Shown piece after piece: positions 23,773 to 37,630 of a DNA stretch of 64,000 nt. The stretch is taken from assembly GCA_000165425.1 (NCBI GenBank), contig CT868076.1, positions 1-64,000 of the forward strand. The letters are read 5' to 3'. The stretch comes from Paramecium tetraurelia. Its lineage: Eukaryota. Below the pieces are notes generated by a model, which saw only the letters and a program-made list of their open reading frames with translations, searched no databases and was not told where the DNA came from. Positions within the stretch are counted from its first letter, which is position 1, and the number at the start of each line of letters is the position of its first letter. The position numbers and the translations under genes are program-made.

Positions 23773-26700
23773 ATGAATATTAAAGTATTGATCCTGGCCT
23801 TATTGGTTGCTCTTATAACAAGCTAATAGTATAGTATTTCTTAATGTGATTGTTCCTAATTGTTATCAGAAGATGATTGCTAAAAAAATGATATGATCAA
23901 ATGTTAATGGGATAGCACAAAGAAGACATGTAAAATCTAGGATACAACAACTAATCCTGTTATAAACTATGCAAAATATTGTGATAATTTTAAAGAAATG
24001 GAATGTCCAAAACAAAAACCATGTAGCAATTGTGGATCTTACTCTGCATGTGCTTGGGTCGATGGATAGTGTACATTTTTTACAGATTGCACAGCATTTA
24101 ATAAAACAACAGATTCAGATTGTTAAGCTATTAGTAATAAATGTATTACTGATGGAACTCATTGTGTTGAAATAGATACTTGTGATAAATATAAAAAACA
24201 ATAATCTTGTGTAAAAAGCTTATTCGGTAGTTTATGTTATTGGGATACAAAAAATAATAATTGTGTTGATGCTGATACTTGTGATAAACTACCAATTAAA
24301 TTTTAAACAGATAAAGAATGTAGACATGAAATACAAAGTTGTACTGCAAAATCAGGAGGTGGATGTGTTGATAGTGGAGTTAATTGTAGTGATTAAAGTT
24401 TAGAAATTTAATGTGTTTGGGATTAATCAATGAAAATGGAATGTTATTGGAATGGAACATAATGTAAGGATAGAATATGTGATAATGCACCTACTACTTT
24501 AAATACTGATGATTCTTGTTAATTATTCAAAACTGATGGATCATGTACAACAAAACAAAATGGTGGATGTATTACTAGAACTACTTGTTAGGCTGCTTCA
24601 ATATAAGCTGCATGTATTAAAAATAGTACAAATGAAGATTGTTATTGGACTGGAACTACATGTGTGGATAAAATATGTTCAAATGCACCAACTACATTAA
24701 CAACTAATTCAGCTTGTGCAGCATTTTCAAAAGGATGCATAACTAAGTAAGGGGGAGGTTGTGTACTTAATGGAGATTGTTCTGCTGCTAATATTTCAAC
24801 TGCATGTGTTAAAAATATCAATAATTTTGATTGTATTTGGGAATTCAACTTGCAAAGAGAAAACATGTGTAAATGCTCCAAAATCTAATACTACTCATGA
24901 TTAATGTACTTCTTATTTATCAACATGTACAGTTTAATCAGGAGGAGGATGTCAATAGAGAACATGTGACAATGCTCCTACAACACTGAATACAAATGAT
25001 GCATGTGAAATATATTTACCTGCAAATAAATGTATAACCAAAAATGGAGGTGGATGCACAATAAACACCACTTGTTCACTTATATCAATAGAAGTTGCTT
25101 GTATCAAAAATTCATTAGGCTTGCCTTGCTTTTGGCATGTTGCAAGTGGAAGTTGCAAAGACAAAATTTGTGCGAATGCTCCCTCTAGTAATAATAGTCA
25201 TGAACTTTGTTAATAATTTTTGAATTCTTGTACTGTAAATTCTACAAATACAGGATGTGTTGAAAAAACATGTGAGAATTCATTAACTTTATCTATTTGT
25301 GATAAAGATTTAAACAACAACATATGCATTTGGAAAGCAAGGTGTTATAAGAGATAATGTGCAATGGCTTCAAGTTCAATAACATCTCATTCTGAGTGTT
25401 AAGCTTATTATTCAAGTTGTACATTAAGTAATACTGGAAAAGGATGTGTTACATTACCTCTGAAATGTGAAGCAATTACAATAGAAGCTGCTTGCAAGAT
25501 AAAGGCTAATAAATAATCTTGTAGGTTGGACAGGATCTTAATGTTTTGATAAAGCCTGCAATACTGCTCCCAAAACTATTTCGACAACTTCAGACTGTCA
25601 AGCTTATTTATCTTCATGCGTAGCTAACAATCCAATTACAGTAAATGGTACCTCAATTATTTAAGGATGCTAAGATTTACCTAAAACTTGCGATTCTAGA
25701 AAATCATCTGAAAATTGTAATATTACAAGAGCAGCATTTCCAATCTGTTTTTGGGATTCTTCATCTAACAAATGCGTTGAAAAATCCTGTACAACTGCAA
25801 ATTTATCAGGCACACCAGGAGCACTTTCAAAAGGGTAATTCACATTTGATAATTGTTAAAGTTACATGAGCACATGCACGACTACTAATGCTCAAGGTAG
25901 TTGTACTTAAACATCATATCCTTGCATTTCAAATAATAGTTAAGATGGATGTATGGTTAAGCCCACAAGTTGTTCATAGTTAGTTTAGTAAAATTGTAAA
26001 GATGGATCTAAATCTAATGGTGATTGTTATTGGAATGGATCTAATTGTGTTGAAAAGATATGTACTAATATAATATTAAAAACACATAACGATTGCTATA
26101 ATATATTCAATCAATGTACCGTCAATGATGATGGTACAGCATGTATACCATTAGCCACTGCTTGTAATTCATATAAAATTTAAGAGAATTGTAAAATTGC
26201 ATCTACATAAAAGAATTGTTATTGGACAGGAACAGTTTGTAGAAATGCAATTTGTGATGATACTCCAGATTCTGATCTATTTGATTCAGATGAAGAATGC
26301 CTTAAATATCAAACTCAGAATGAAACATGTACAATAATTGCCAAAGTGGGAGGCTAAGGGTGTGTTCAAAAATAGGCAGTTTGTTCTAATTACAAGACTT
26401 CAAGTTAATGCCATAAGACTTTATTAAATTTAAATGCTTAGGATGATTGTAAATGGATTAATGGAATATGTTATTCCTTGGCAACTTTTGCAACAGGAGC
26501 TTGTTCTACGTTTAAAGGAACATAAGATATGTGCAAAGCCTTATAGATAGGGATGCACAAATGTAGCTAATGCTAGTACTTCAACTGCATGTACATTGGA
26601 TTGTACTTTAAAAATTGGAAGTGGATTGACATTCTAAGATTGCTAAAATGTGGATCCAACTTGTTCAGTTAAAAAGGATGGTAGTGGTTGTATTTTAATT

Positions 26701-29700
26701 TAATCTACATGTGCAGGATATGGAACAACAGATGTAAATTGTTATAAATCAAGTGCAACTGGAACACAATCAATATGTCTCATGAATAAAGCCACACCAC
26801 CAAGTTGTTAATCAGTGAGTTCAGCATCTGATTGTGCACTTATAAGTGGATCAGGACTTGATCATGCTAAATGCTAAGCATACAATATTGCATGTACATC
26901 TTTAGGTAAAGGAAATGGGTGTTAAGAATTTAAAGCAAATTGCACTGCTTATACTGGTAATACTGATAATTGCACAGTCTCATAATAAGGACAATGCTTT
27001 TTAAATGGTTCTGATTGTGTTCGTTTTTCTAATTGCTTTTCAATTACTGGAACAAACCTTTCTCAAGAAATCTGTTATTCCTATGGCCCTAATTGCACCA
27101 TAAATAAATAAAAAACAGCATGTTAATATAAGAGAAATACATGTGATTTATACATATCTTAAGAAGAAATGCACAGTATCTGGAACTGACTCTGAAGCAA
27201 ATTTATGTGTTTGGAGTGGTACAGCATGTCTTACTGTTACAGATGTTGCTACTCATTGTGCTTACATAACTGGAACCAATCTGACCGATTCATTTTGTGC
27301 TAGTTACAATGTTAGTTGCATTGTAAATTAAGAAAAGACGGCCTGTTAGGAGAAAAAAGCTTCATGTGGTTTATATTCAACTAAAAGTTCATGTACTCTA
27401 TCATAGGAGGCTGGATCAGCAGGCAAATGTATATGGAATGATGGAGGGTGTCGTATCATGACATTACTCTCTACAATTGTTACATCTATTGATAGCGTTG
27501 CTCTGAAAAGAGCAACATGTGCATAGGTCAATCCAGCTTTGGCACCAACAAAAAGTGGAGATAAATGTTTTATAAAATAAGGTTCATGTAGTATGTACAA
27601 AGAAGAAAAATATTGTACAACTTCCTTAGCATTAGGTACAGAAGCAAATTGTATTTGGGATAGTGATAGTTCAAGTTGTTAAGCATTTACATCTGGTTCT
27701 TTGTGCAAAAATATAACAGGAACAAATTTATCTGAGAGTTATTGCCCTTCAGTTAATCCATTGTGTACAACAAAATAAACGAGAAACGGCTGTTATGAAA
27801 AGTAGCCTAATTGTTCAGATTATAAAACATAAGATGATTGCTAATTATCTTTAGCTTCTGGTAAAGCAGGATATTGTGTATACACTGGTTACGCTTGCGG
27901 TAATGTGACAAACCCTTCGACTCATTGTGGTTATATTTAAGTCTCTTTTCCTACAACAGAGATACTTTGTGCTAGTTATGATACTTCTTGTATTCCTTTA
28001 TTTGGTGAAAACGGATGTCAAGAGATTAAATCAAATTGTTCCTCATACTCATCTTAAAAAAACTGTTATAAATCTTTGAATGACGGTTATTGTATTTGGA
28101 AAGATAGTAGCTGCAAAGTTGTTAGCGATCCGAACGAATGTGCTTCTGCATCTTCTTCTGGTTCTAAATTGACTAGTACTTATTGCAATGGATTACATAA
28201 AGATTGCTGGGTGACTCCAAGTAAAGGTGGTTGTTATTAGATGTTACCTAATTGTGAAAATTACGATCATGTGTCAAAATGTGATAAAACTTTAACTAAT
28301 GAACTCTGTAGTTGGGGCACAGGTTGTTATAAAAATTCATCAGCCAGCCAATGCTATGGTTAGTACTTCACTGATATAGCCCCCTCTGGAACAACAGATG
28401 CTATTTGCGCTATTTATAATGCTGGCTGCATAGCAGATACCGATAATTCTCGTTGTTATGAACTGAAAACAAGTTGTTCGTCATACACAGAAATGTAGCA
28501 GTGTAAGTATGCAGGAAATTAATAATCTAAAGTTGGATGTGTCTATAAAGTGACAGGTTGCGTTTAGCTAACTGATCCTGTAGATGAATGTTCATTGATT
28601 AGAACAAACCCATTTAGCGATGCTACTTGTGTATCTTTTCATAGTGGTTGCACAGTCTCATCAGATTTTTCTGGCTGTCAATAAAGATAAGCAGTTTGTG
28701 CCGATTATACAACAAAAGAAACTTGTACATATTCAGCTGCTGCATCTCCTTTCAATTTATGTCTTTATTTCAATTCAAAATGTGTTGCTGCAAGAGAATT
28801 GTTAACTGATTGTGCAGCCATTACTGCAACTTCAGGTTTGACTGATTCCGATTGCTCTGGGTATAGCTCTACATGCACATCAAATAAAAATGGGACTGCC
28901 TGTTAAGATAAAAAAAGCACATGTTCTGATTACCAAAATTAGGATTCATGTTCTGTTTCCTCAAGTTCTAAATGCATTTGGAAATCTAGTTGTACTTCTA
29001 TTAGTGATGTAACTACTGACTGTGTATATGTAGTTGGTACAAATTTAACTCATGATATTTGTATTTCTTATAACAATGGATGCACAGTCAATAAAGCAGG
29101 AACCTCTTGTTAAGAAAAGAAAAACAGTTGTGCGGATTATACAAAAAGTGAAAATTGCTCTATTTTTGATGATTCTGGAACACCAAACTACTGTATATGG
29201 CATTCGACATGCATCTCTTTCACCAATATTAATACTGATTGTTATTATATAACTGGTATCAATCTGACCAATGATATATGTGCTTTATATAATCCTAGTT
29301 GCATAGTTAATAATTCAGGAACTGCTTGTTAGCTAAATCTAGGCAGTTGTAAAAGAATATGGTTTATAAGATGGTTGTCCGTAATAATAATGCATATGGG
29401 ATGCAGCAGAATGCAAATCTATCTCAAATCCTTCAGTTTAATGCAGCTTAGTGAATGGAAAGACTGGTCTCAACCTTGACATGTGTAGATAATATCATAG
29501 TGAATGTTTTAATCTAAAAGATGGTACTGGATGTTAACATGCAAAGTCAGATTGTAAGAATTATACAACTTAGAATTAATGTGTTGCATAGCTTAATGGT
29601 ACTTCCTGTTTATGGCATGAAAATTCTTGCTACAAAATAACAGGTGTTAGTTGTTAGGTAATTACAGGGACTAATCTAAATCATAATATATGTTAGTCAT

Positions 29701-32700
29701 ATAACAAAGATTGCACTTCAGTAAGTGATGGCAATTCATGTTAAGATTATAAGACAACATGCGAATAGTATTTAGGAACAACTGAATCTTGTATTTAATC
29801 TGTAAAAGGAAAATGCTACCTCTATAATTCAAACACTTGTATTACTATTTTAAATGTTTCTACTGATTGTGCCAAGATTACAGGTGTATCATTAACTTAT
29901 GAAATATGTTAATCATATAATTTGGGATGCAGTGTTAATAGAACCAAAACTGCTTGTGTTTAAAAAGCAGCTTAATGCTCTGGATATTCAACTGCTATGA
30001 GTGGTTGCTATCAAGCAGGAGAAGGATTATGTATTGCATCCACTAGCAATGATTCAGCATGTGTGCCTGCCTCAAGTTCATCTACTTGTGAAAAAGTATT
30101 TTTAGGAACAGGCAATTATACTCATGATAATTGTAGTGCAATGAAAGCTGGATGTACTGTAAATGGAAGTACAGCATGTATGGCTAGAACTTGTGCAAAT
30201 GCTACAGGTTCATTACATTTAATCATGATAATTGTTATTCTTGGCTCAAAACTTGTACAGTAAATTAGACTAATAATGGTTGCGCAATCATGACTGCAAA
30301 ATGTTCAGATTAATCATCTACTTAATGTCTAAATGCAATAGAGGGAGTGTGTCTAGTGTTTAATTCTATTTGTATTAGAAAAGGATGTGATACAGCTCCA
30401 TCAGATGCTTCTCATGATGATGATACAGAATGTTCTAATTATTCATAAGCTTGTACAGTTGCAAGAGCAGGTGGATGTCAAGTAAGAACTGCATGTTCAT
30501 TATATAAATCATCATTATAATGTAAATTAGATATGAATGATAAAAAATGTTTCTGGAATCCATCTGTTAAGACATGTGTTGATTTGGCTTGTGCAAATAT
30601 AGAAGTATCAAATTTATATAATACTCATGCTAAATGCTTTGCAGTTGATTCAAATTTAGGTTGTACAGTCAGAGCACTTAATAAAGTAGTTGCTCCTGGT
30701 TGTATGGCCAGAGGACCATGTAGTTCATATACTATTAAAGATTAATGCATAACTAATGATAGTGGAATAGACTGTGTTTGGAATACAAATAGTAGTTTAC
30801 CTGAACCTGCTTGTTAGGATAAGTCATGTACAACTGCTCCTAGTTCCACATTAACTCACATTGATTGCTTCAATTATTATAATACATCAACTATCAAATG
30901 TACAGTGTAATGCTATTCCAGATGCTAATGGTGGATAACCAATTCTAAGAGGATGTTAATAAACTGCAGCCTGTTCAACTTATATTGATAGTGAGTAATG
31001 TAAAATAAATGCTGCTGGTGATCCTTGTGGATGGAATGGAAAAGAATGCAATGATAAATCTTGTTCCACTGCTCCTGCTACATCAGAATATGACGAGGTA
31101 ATACAAAATGTAGAGCTTATTTGAACAATAAATGTACAGTATCATCAGAAGGATAAGGTTGTATAGATATTCCAGAGAGTTGTGAGTTAATGAATTAGAA
31201 ACAATGTTATTTCAATAGTACTGGACAATCCTGTTATTGGACTGGAACAGAGTGTATTACTAAATCTTGTGAAAATGCTCCAATAGAAACAGCTACAGCT
31301 GAACAATGCAATAACTATTTATATGGATGTACAATAGATGTTATAAAATGCAAAATTAAAATCTGCGAAGATTATGTTTTAACAACTGATGAACAATGTA
31401 GTTATGCGTTATCTACATGTACTACAAATGGTGTTAATTGTGTTACCAGAGGAACATGTGTTTAAGCTTAAAATAAAGCTGGATGTGTTGTATCTTCTAC
31501 TGGATAATCTTGTGAATGGATACCTGATGTCGTAAATTCTCAAAATGTTGTAACTACTGCAGCATATTGTACAATTAAAACTTGTAATACTGCCCCAATT
31601 AGTTTATAAACAGATGCAGATTGTGGAAAGTATTTTACAAATTGTACAACAAAAAGTGGAGGTGGGTGTGTTACCTAAATCAAGTTGTTCTGCTGCCTCT
31701 GTAAATGCTGCTTGTATAACTGCATTAAACGGTACAATATGTGTATGGGATAATACATTAAATAAATGTAGAGATAAAGATTGTTAAGATTTTATAGGAA
31801 CAACTCACACCATTTGTTAAACTTAAAGATAAGAATGTACTGCTGGACCAAATGGTAGATGTGCTAGAGTATAAAGTTGTGAATCAACTACTATTAGAGA
31901 AGCTTGTATTGAAGGCACAAATGGACCATGTTTATGGATTGAAAAGTTTGTCAATAGTGATGGTTCAAAAGGAGCTTGTTTTGCATATACATCATGCAAG
32001 AGTTTAGCTTGGAATAGTGATGAATCTTGTAAATTGATAAGCAATAAATGTACAACTAATGGAACTAATTGCATTGGAATTACTACATGTACTGAGACAA
32101 ATATTGATGGTGGATGTGTTACAGGGTATGATGGATCTTGCATTTAATCTGTACCTGCTTTGAATTCTTCTGATCCTAAGATTTGTAAACCATTTAAATC
32201 ATGTGCAGATGCCTATTATGCAACTCATAAAGATTGTTAAATTGCTAATAAAAAATGTACAACAGATGGAACTACGGGTTGCATTCCTTTAGGAGCATGT
32301 TCAACATATAAATCTTAACTGCAGGATGTTAGGTAAATGATAAAGGATCTGTAGTTTAATCTGGTGTTATAACTTCAACAGGTGTTTGTATTTGGGATTT
32401 GAGTACAAGTGGTTGTAGAGATTAAATTTGCTCTGATTTGAATGGTGTTACTCATTCAATTTGTAATTCTTAATTATCAACATGTACTTCAGATGGTAAT
32501 AAATGTTTACTGAAAACAAATTGTTCTAGTTATTCTACCTAAATTATTTGTTCAACAGCTGTTGGAAATGATGGTCTTTGCTTTTGGGAGGTTGGTTCTA
32601 CTACAAATAATAATACAGCAAAATGTAGATTACTTTCTTGTGCTGATATTCAAAATGGAACATCCATCAGTGTTTGTTAAGCTGCTTTACCATCTTGTAT

Positions 32701-33271
32701 TTCAAATGGAACTGTTTGTATCCCAAAGGCTAAATGTTCAACTTACACAACTAAAACAGCATGCAATTTTGGTGGATTAGATGGAATTTGTGTATTTACA
32801 TAATCAACTTCTGCATAGGCTGTAGCTGATAGTGGAACTTGCACTTTGATGAATTCATGTTCATCTGCAAATAATGATTAAAATGCTTGTGTAGCTGCAT
32901 AAGATAGATGTTCATGGAGTCCAGCTAGTTCTACAATTACAAGTATATGTACTAATCATACATGTGGTACATATAATTAAGTTAGTGGAACTTGTTCAAG
33001 ATTCTTTAATTGGGATAAATAATCATAATAAATATGTTCTATGATTAATGGAATATGTACAGCAACTGATCCATCAACGTTAAAATAAAGTGATTGTTTT
33101 AAATTTTCAGGATACACATATACATGGAATAGCTCAACAAACAAATGTTAAGTTTGTACTAAAAAAGATTAGCCAAATGGTCCTATCAATAACACAATCA
33201 ATGATACAAATAACACTAATACGGCTTAAGGGTTATTATTAACATTCATCTTAGGCTATTTGATGATTTGA
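23773..33271 (+). CDS. Variable surface antigen, 51A/51B/156G-like, copy 2; ~3160 aa; apparent frameshifts
   Basis: MNIKVLILALLVALITSQQYSISQCDCSQLLSEDDC... Cys-periodic repeats ...NTAQGLLLTFILGYLMI-TGA. Confidence 0.92.
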
Positions 33272-34949
33272 TCACATAAGATTATAATATTAATTTATTT
33301 TATAATTAAAATTATTCAACTAAATAGTATTTAGTTTAATTAATTAATCGATTGGTTAATTAGATATTATTAATTAATTTCTCCAACTAAAACGCTGTTT
33401 TTAAGAAATCTACTGTTATTATTATAAATTTTCATAATTTATTGAAGTAGTTCAAAACGTGATTTTTAATATCAATAATGATAATTTTGTAAGATGATGA
33501 ATTATGAATCTAATATTTTATTTTTTTTATGCTGGTTAAAAATGCTAATTAATTAAAGTTTATTGTTGTTGTTATTATTAATCCTCACTGTGTTGCCAAA
33601 AAAAATAATTTTCTATGAGGGATTTCATTCATATTATGCATGCAACAGATAAGGTTTATTTGGATTTACTGAAAATTTGCTTAGGGTTTTATTATTTAAA
33701 AAACTTTTTTGTTGTCAGATATTTCTCATATAATTTCCTTTCCTTTTATGATATTGGGATTAATCATGAAAAAATTTAATAAAAAGATCTTTTCTCTTAT
33801 TGTAGAATATTTTTTCAGTAACATCTAGCTAAGATATAACATTAAAGCTATGATTCTAAATAAAACTAACTTTTCATTAATTAACTGATTTTATCCATTT
33901 AAATCCATAATATATATGAGATATTTGAAAAATGAAAATAAAAATAATCCTTACTCTTATTCAACCATTAATTAGTAAGTTAAATTTTTATACAGAATGA
34001 TGGAGTTATTGCAATTCTTATTATTTCTTCATACTACTCCAGCTTGAACCTTTTCAATCATTGACTGCTGTTAATGCTTAAAGTTTGATATGTAGATGAT
34101 GATAAATTTAAAGAAAATTCTTAATGTCTGATAATATAGGAATTTGTTCACTAAACTCTTATCGATCAAGACACTCAACTTCTTATCTTCTTGATCGTCC
34201 TCTTGGTGAATCTTTCTATAAAACTACTCGATGAACTCTGTTTTTGTAAGTTGTAATTAGCCTGCTATTAATTAATTCAGGTTTTCTAAATGGCTGGTTC
34301 ATGCTTAAACTAGATGATTTCTATCCAGCTATAATAATAATAATGATCAATAAAATGGTGCTTATAATCTAAAAATAAAGAAGACAATGAGATTATTTTT
34401 ATGAATATTTAGAATAAATAATTTACTTTATGTTTTTGAAGAATTCACAAAATAATTAATAGAAGTAATCAATTATTAACTATTTAGAGATTTAATATAG
34501 GAAACAAATTTTGCTAATTAAAAATCAAAAAACAAAAGGTATTATAATTATGTTTTGGATTAATATTTCAAATTTAAAAATAAATAATTCATATTTCTTA
34601 TTTCTCAAAACATCATTATCAAATTTAATCTACTAACTAATTCAATTATTTATCAATAGAAATTGATATAAATCAGAATTCAATTTAATAAAGGATTTTT
34701 CAAATAAGGTGTCATAAGAAGAATATATCTATCAGCATAAAATTTTCGGAGCTAATTAAAAGTTGATGAATTTTATGATGCAAATTCAGGCAATTTACAC
34801 TTTTTTCCTTAATTAGAAACTGTTTTAAACTATTCTATACTTTCTCATAAGATTGAATTGAGGCGAGTTTGGTTCTAAAAATTAAAAATTGCACTAAATC
34901 AATATTATTTTAGATTTGTTTCCTCTTATGCACTCCACCATTATAAAGT

Positions 34950-37630
34950 ATTACTTTATATTATTCTCTGAATAATTACCTTTAAAATTGTTAATCTATT
35001 CTAAAAGATGATCGACATAGAAATTTGACTTTATATTCCGGTGATATTTCATCAATGAAAACAAAATTTTCTTAATGTTATTAGCACTCAGAATTTTAAG
35101 AATATTGAATTTGTCTTTGAGTTTCTTCTTGCTCTTTACATCAAGGTGTTGGAGGTTATGCATCCATTTGGTAATTCTGATCTATCAAACCTAGAATGAT
35201 ATTTACTATATGTTAGTAAGATAATTAACATCTATGAGCTCTATATTAGTAAATTAAATATTTGAAAAAACTCATTGACATTGTTGGGAAGGTACTTAGC
35301 GATATTAATGAAATTGGTAACGTAATGATGGATGAAAGTACTGTTTAAAATCATTTTCATAAATTACTATTTTGTTGATTAATTCCATTTGGTGGTTTTA
35401 TAGGGGCATAGAATAGAAGTGGTAGTTTTAATCAACAGTGAACGACTTCTGGAAATCACAGATAAATTTTAAGCTTGACTTGAAAGACATATTAAGTTGG
35501 TTAAAGATATATTTTTATCTCAAGGTCAATGCAGGTGGACATTAATAAAGAATATGAGGAAAAATAAAAATTTACCATAATTAAGTTTGCCTATCCAAAA
35601 CAATATTGGTTTTAAAAATTTGATTGTATTATTCAGCTTTTCTGTGTGTAGATTTATTTTCCCAAGATTATTATTGAAATTCCAAGGTATTATAAGATTT
35701 AACAATTGCAAAGTCTAGTAGAGTTTGATCTTTAGTCTCGAATTATTTTGGATAATAAACATTCCTATTGTAAATTTTTGACTCTGATGTTAAATTTAAT
35801 AGATATTTTTGTAATTCTATTCAATAAGTATACATTTCTTTTTTATTGAGAGAAGTGCAACCAATAACTAGAGTTAATAGATTAGTTATGTTAATCTGTG
35901 TGTATGGAATAAGTAGAAATCTTTGAAGCTATGGTAAGAATCTGAGTTCATGTAATAAATATAAAGGACTTAAATAGTGATGGGTTTGAATTAAAATTTT
36001 TTGGGTATATAGGGATAGCTATATTGAGTGTTTTTAATCTAACTCTCCAGCAGAATTAATTAGTTGCTATTTTGGAATCAGATGATTAGAAATATATCAG
36101 AATTCTTAGTTTTACTTATGAAAGTTTCAAAGATTCCATCAGATGAAATTACTTTGTTTGACGACATTTTCTACTATATGTCTTTAAATTCTAAAATAGT
36201 GAGTGGCTGAAGAGTGGATAATTTTATGGATTACACGGCGATCTCTTTGATATTACATCTATTTGGTTTTGACTGTTATTTATTGCATTCATGCCAAATC
36301 AGATGTTTTCTTGATCATCTAAAGAATAGGAAACATTCCTCTATCTCTTTTTTTTTAGTTTATAATCGCGACTTAGATGAGATTATAGAATTTCTTGATA
36401 TTATTATTCTAAAAAAACTCTAAGAGTTTATCAAAAGAGATTGTTGATTTTCCTCAGCGTGTATCTTTATTTGTGGCACTATTCTTTCTTTTAATCTATC
36501 CATTAATCTTATATTATTTTACATAAACTTGTAGAAGCAATCAAAATCACTAAATTTGGACAGTCCAAATTTATTAAGGTTTAGAGAATTCTGGATTAGA
36601 AAATTTGTAATAGTAAATTTTTATTTTATTTTTTTAGATAATTATAATTTAATAATAGCCATAGTATAATTAGAAATTAATTGTAGTCAATATCGGTTTA
36701 TATTGTTGTTTCTAGACAGTATAGTATAATTTAAATTCTTCTCTCAATTTTTTCCCAAGTTTATACCTTTAAAACGTTTTTAGGTTATAGGGAAAGCTTA
36801 AGGATGAAAAGAACAAGGAGGGTTAATAGAGTTTTTAATCTCCACTTATGATGATTCTTTGATTACATTTAATTGGTTCATAAATTATAAGAACCTGTTT
36901 AGTAGTTCATTTTGAATTTTTTCGAATACTCATTTGCTAAGTTAAAATTAGAACATATACAAATTCATTCCTAACACTTATTAGTTAGTAATCAAATATT
37001 TATTCAGGAGTCGTAATATGTTGCTACAGTAAATTGAGGTTATACCAGAATGAACTCCTGTAATGTTTCGACTTGATTTATAATCATTCTAATTATGGCG
37101 TTGATAGTTAGTAGCTAGAGGATGAAGATATATTGATGTTGCGACATTTGTATAAACAGAAAATTTGTGGACCTTTCTCCTTAACAAGTCTAAGCGATTG
37201 AGAATTAATTGATAAGATATTCCATCAAATTAGGGTTCTTTGAAAACTTCACTCATTATACACGTTATCAATTTCGAGTTTTTGGACTATCTTCCTGGAC
37301 CTTACCCTTGTGTATTTTCAAATATGTAGAGATTAATCGTTGAAGTCGTGAAAAGATTTTAAGCATGACTATTTATTTCCCTGCATTCTCTTCATCTTAT
37401 TTACCTTTAGAAACACTATTTTTACTTGTACTCATTTATATGAGTATAAGAAGAAACCTATTTTTTTTTTATGATTATCTTTAAGTTCAATTGATTTATA
37501 ACTCAATTTGGTTTTAATGGATTATTGTATGGTTTGTATAAGGTTTTGTTGAGTTGCTGAGGGTGGGGTTGTCTGAGAATTTTTTTTATTTGTTTATATT
37601 TAATAATACTCTGTTTTTTTCTCATTATAT
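34950..37630 (-). mobile_element. Degenerate non-LTR (LINE-like) retrotransposon relic with APE endonuclease + reverse transcriptase; boundaries approximate
   Basis: Minus-strand motifs occur in canonical order, with frameshifts. APE: WNILSINSQ..VKEKGPQIFCL (~37160-37225), SIYLHP (~37120-37140), QRIIISGD (~36838-36862). RT: PLTILEFKDIQQKMSSNKVISSDGI (~36132-36207), RL..LN..P.IPKKFQFKPITI.SPLY..HELRFLPQLQ (~35925-36045), IVKSY-YLGI (~35675-35710). The YADD region is deleted or unrecognisable. Confidence 0.75.

Larger units (their letters stand above)
21140..34060 (+). repeat. Tandem segmental duplication unit A (~2.6-kb upstream flank + antigen copy 2 + ~0.8-kb downstream flank)
   Basis: Flanks align by eye with units at ~38640-51490 and ~51830-64000. 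Left anchor taccttcatttatgagatcc / taccttgattatgaggtcc / taccatcattcatgagatcc. Right anchor tccagcttgaaccttttcaatcat / tccagcttaaaactttaaatcat. Confidence 0.85.

Noticed and set aside
23773..33271. Retained IESs or introns within antigen genes
   Set aside because: The copies are colinear, and I saw no AT-rich TA-bounded insert of 26 bp or more unique to one copy. This is consistent with processed macronuclear DNA.
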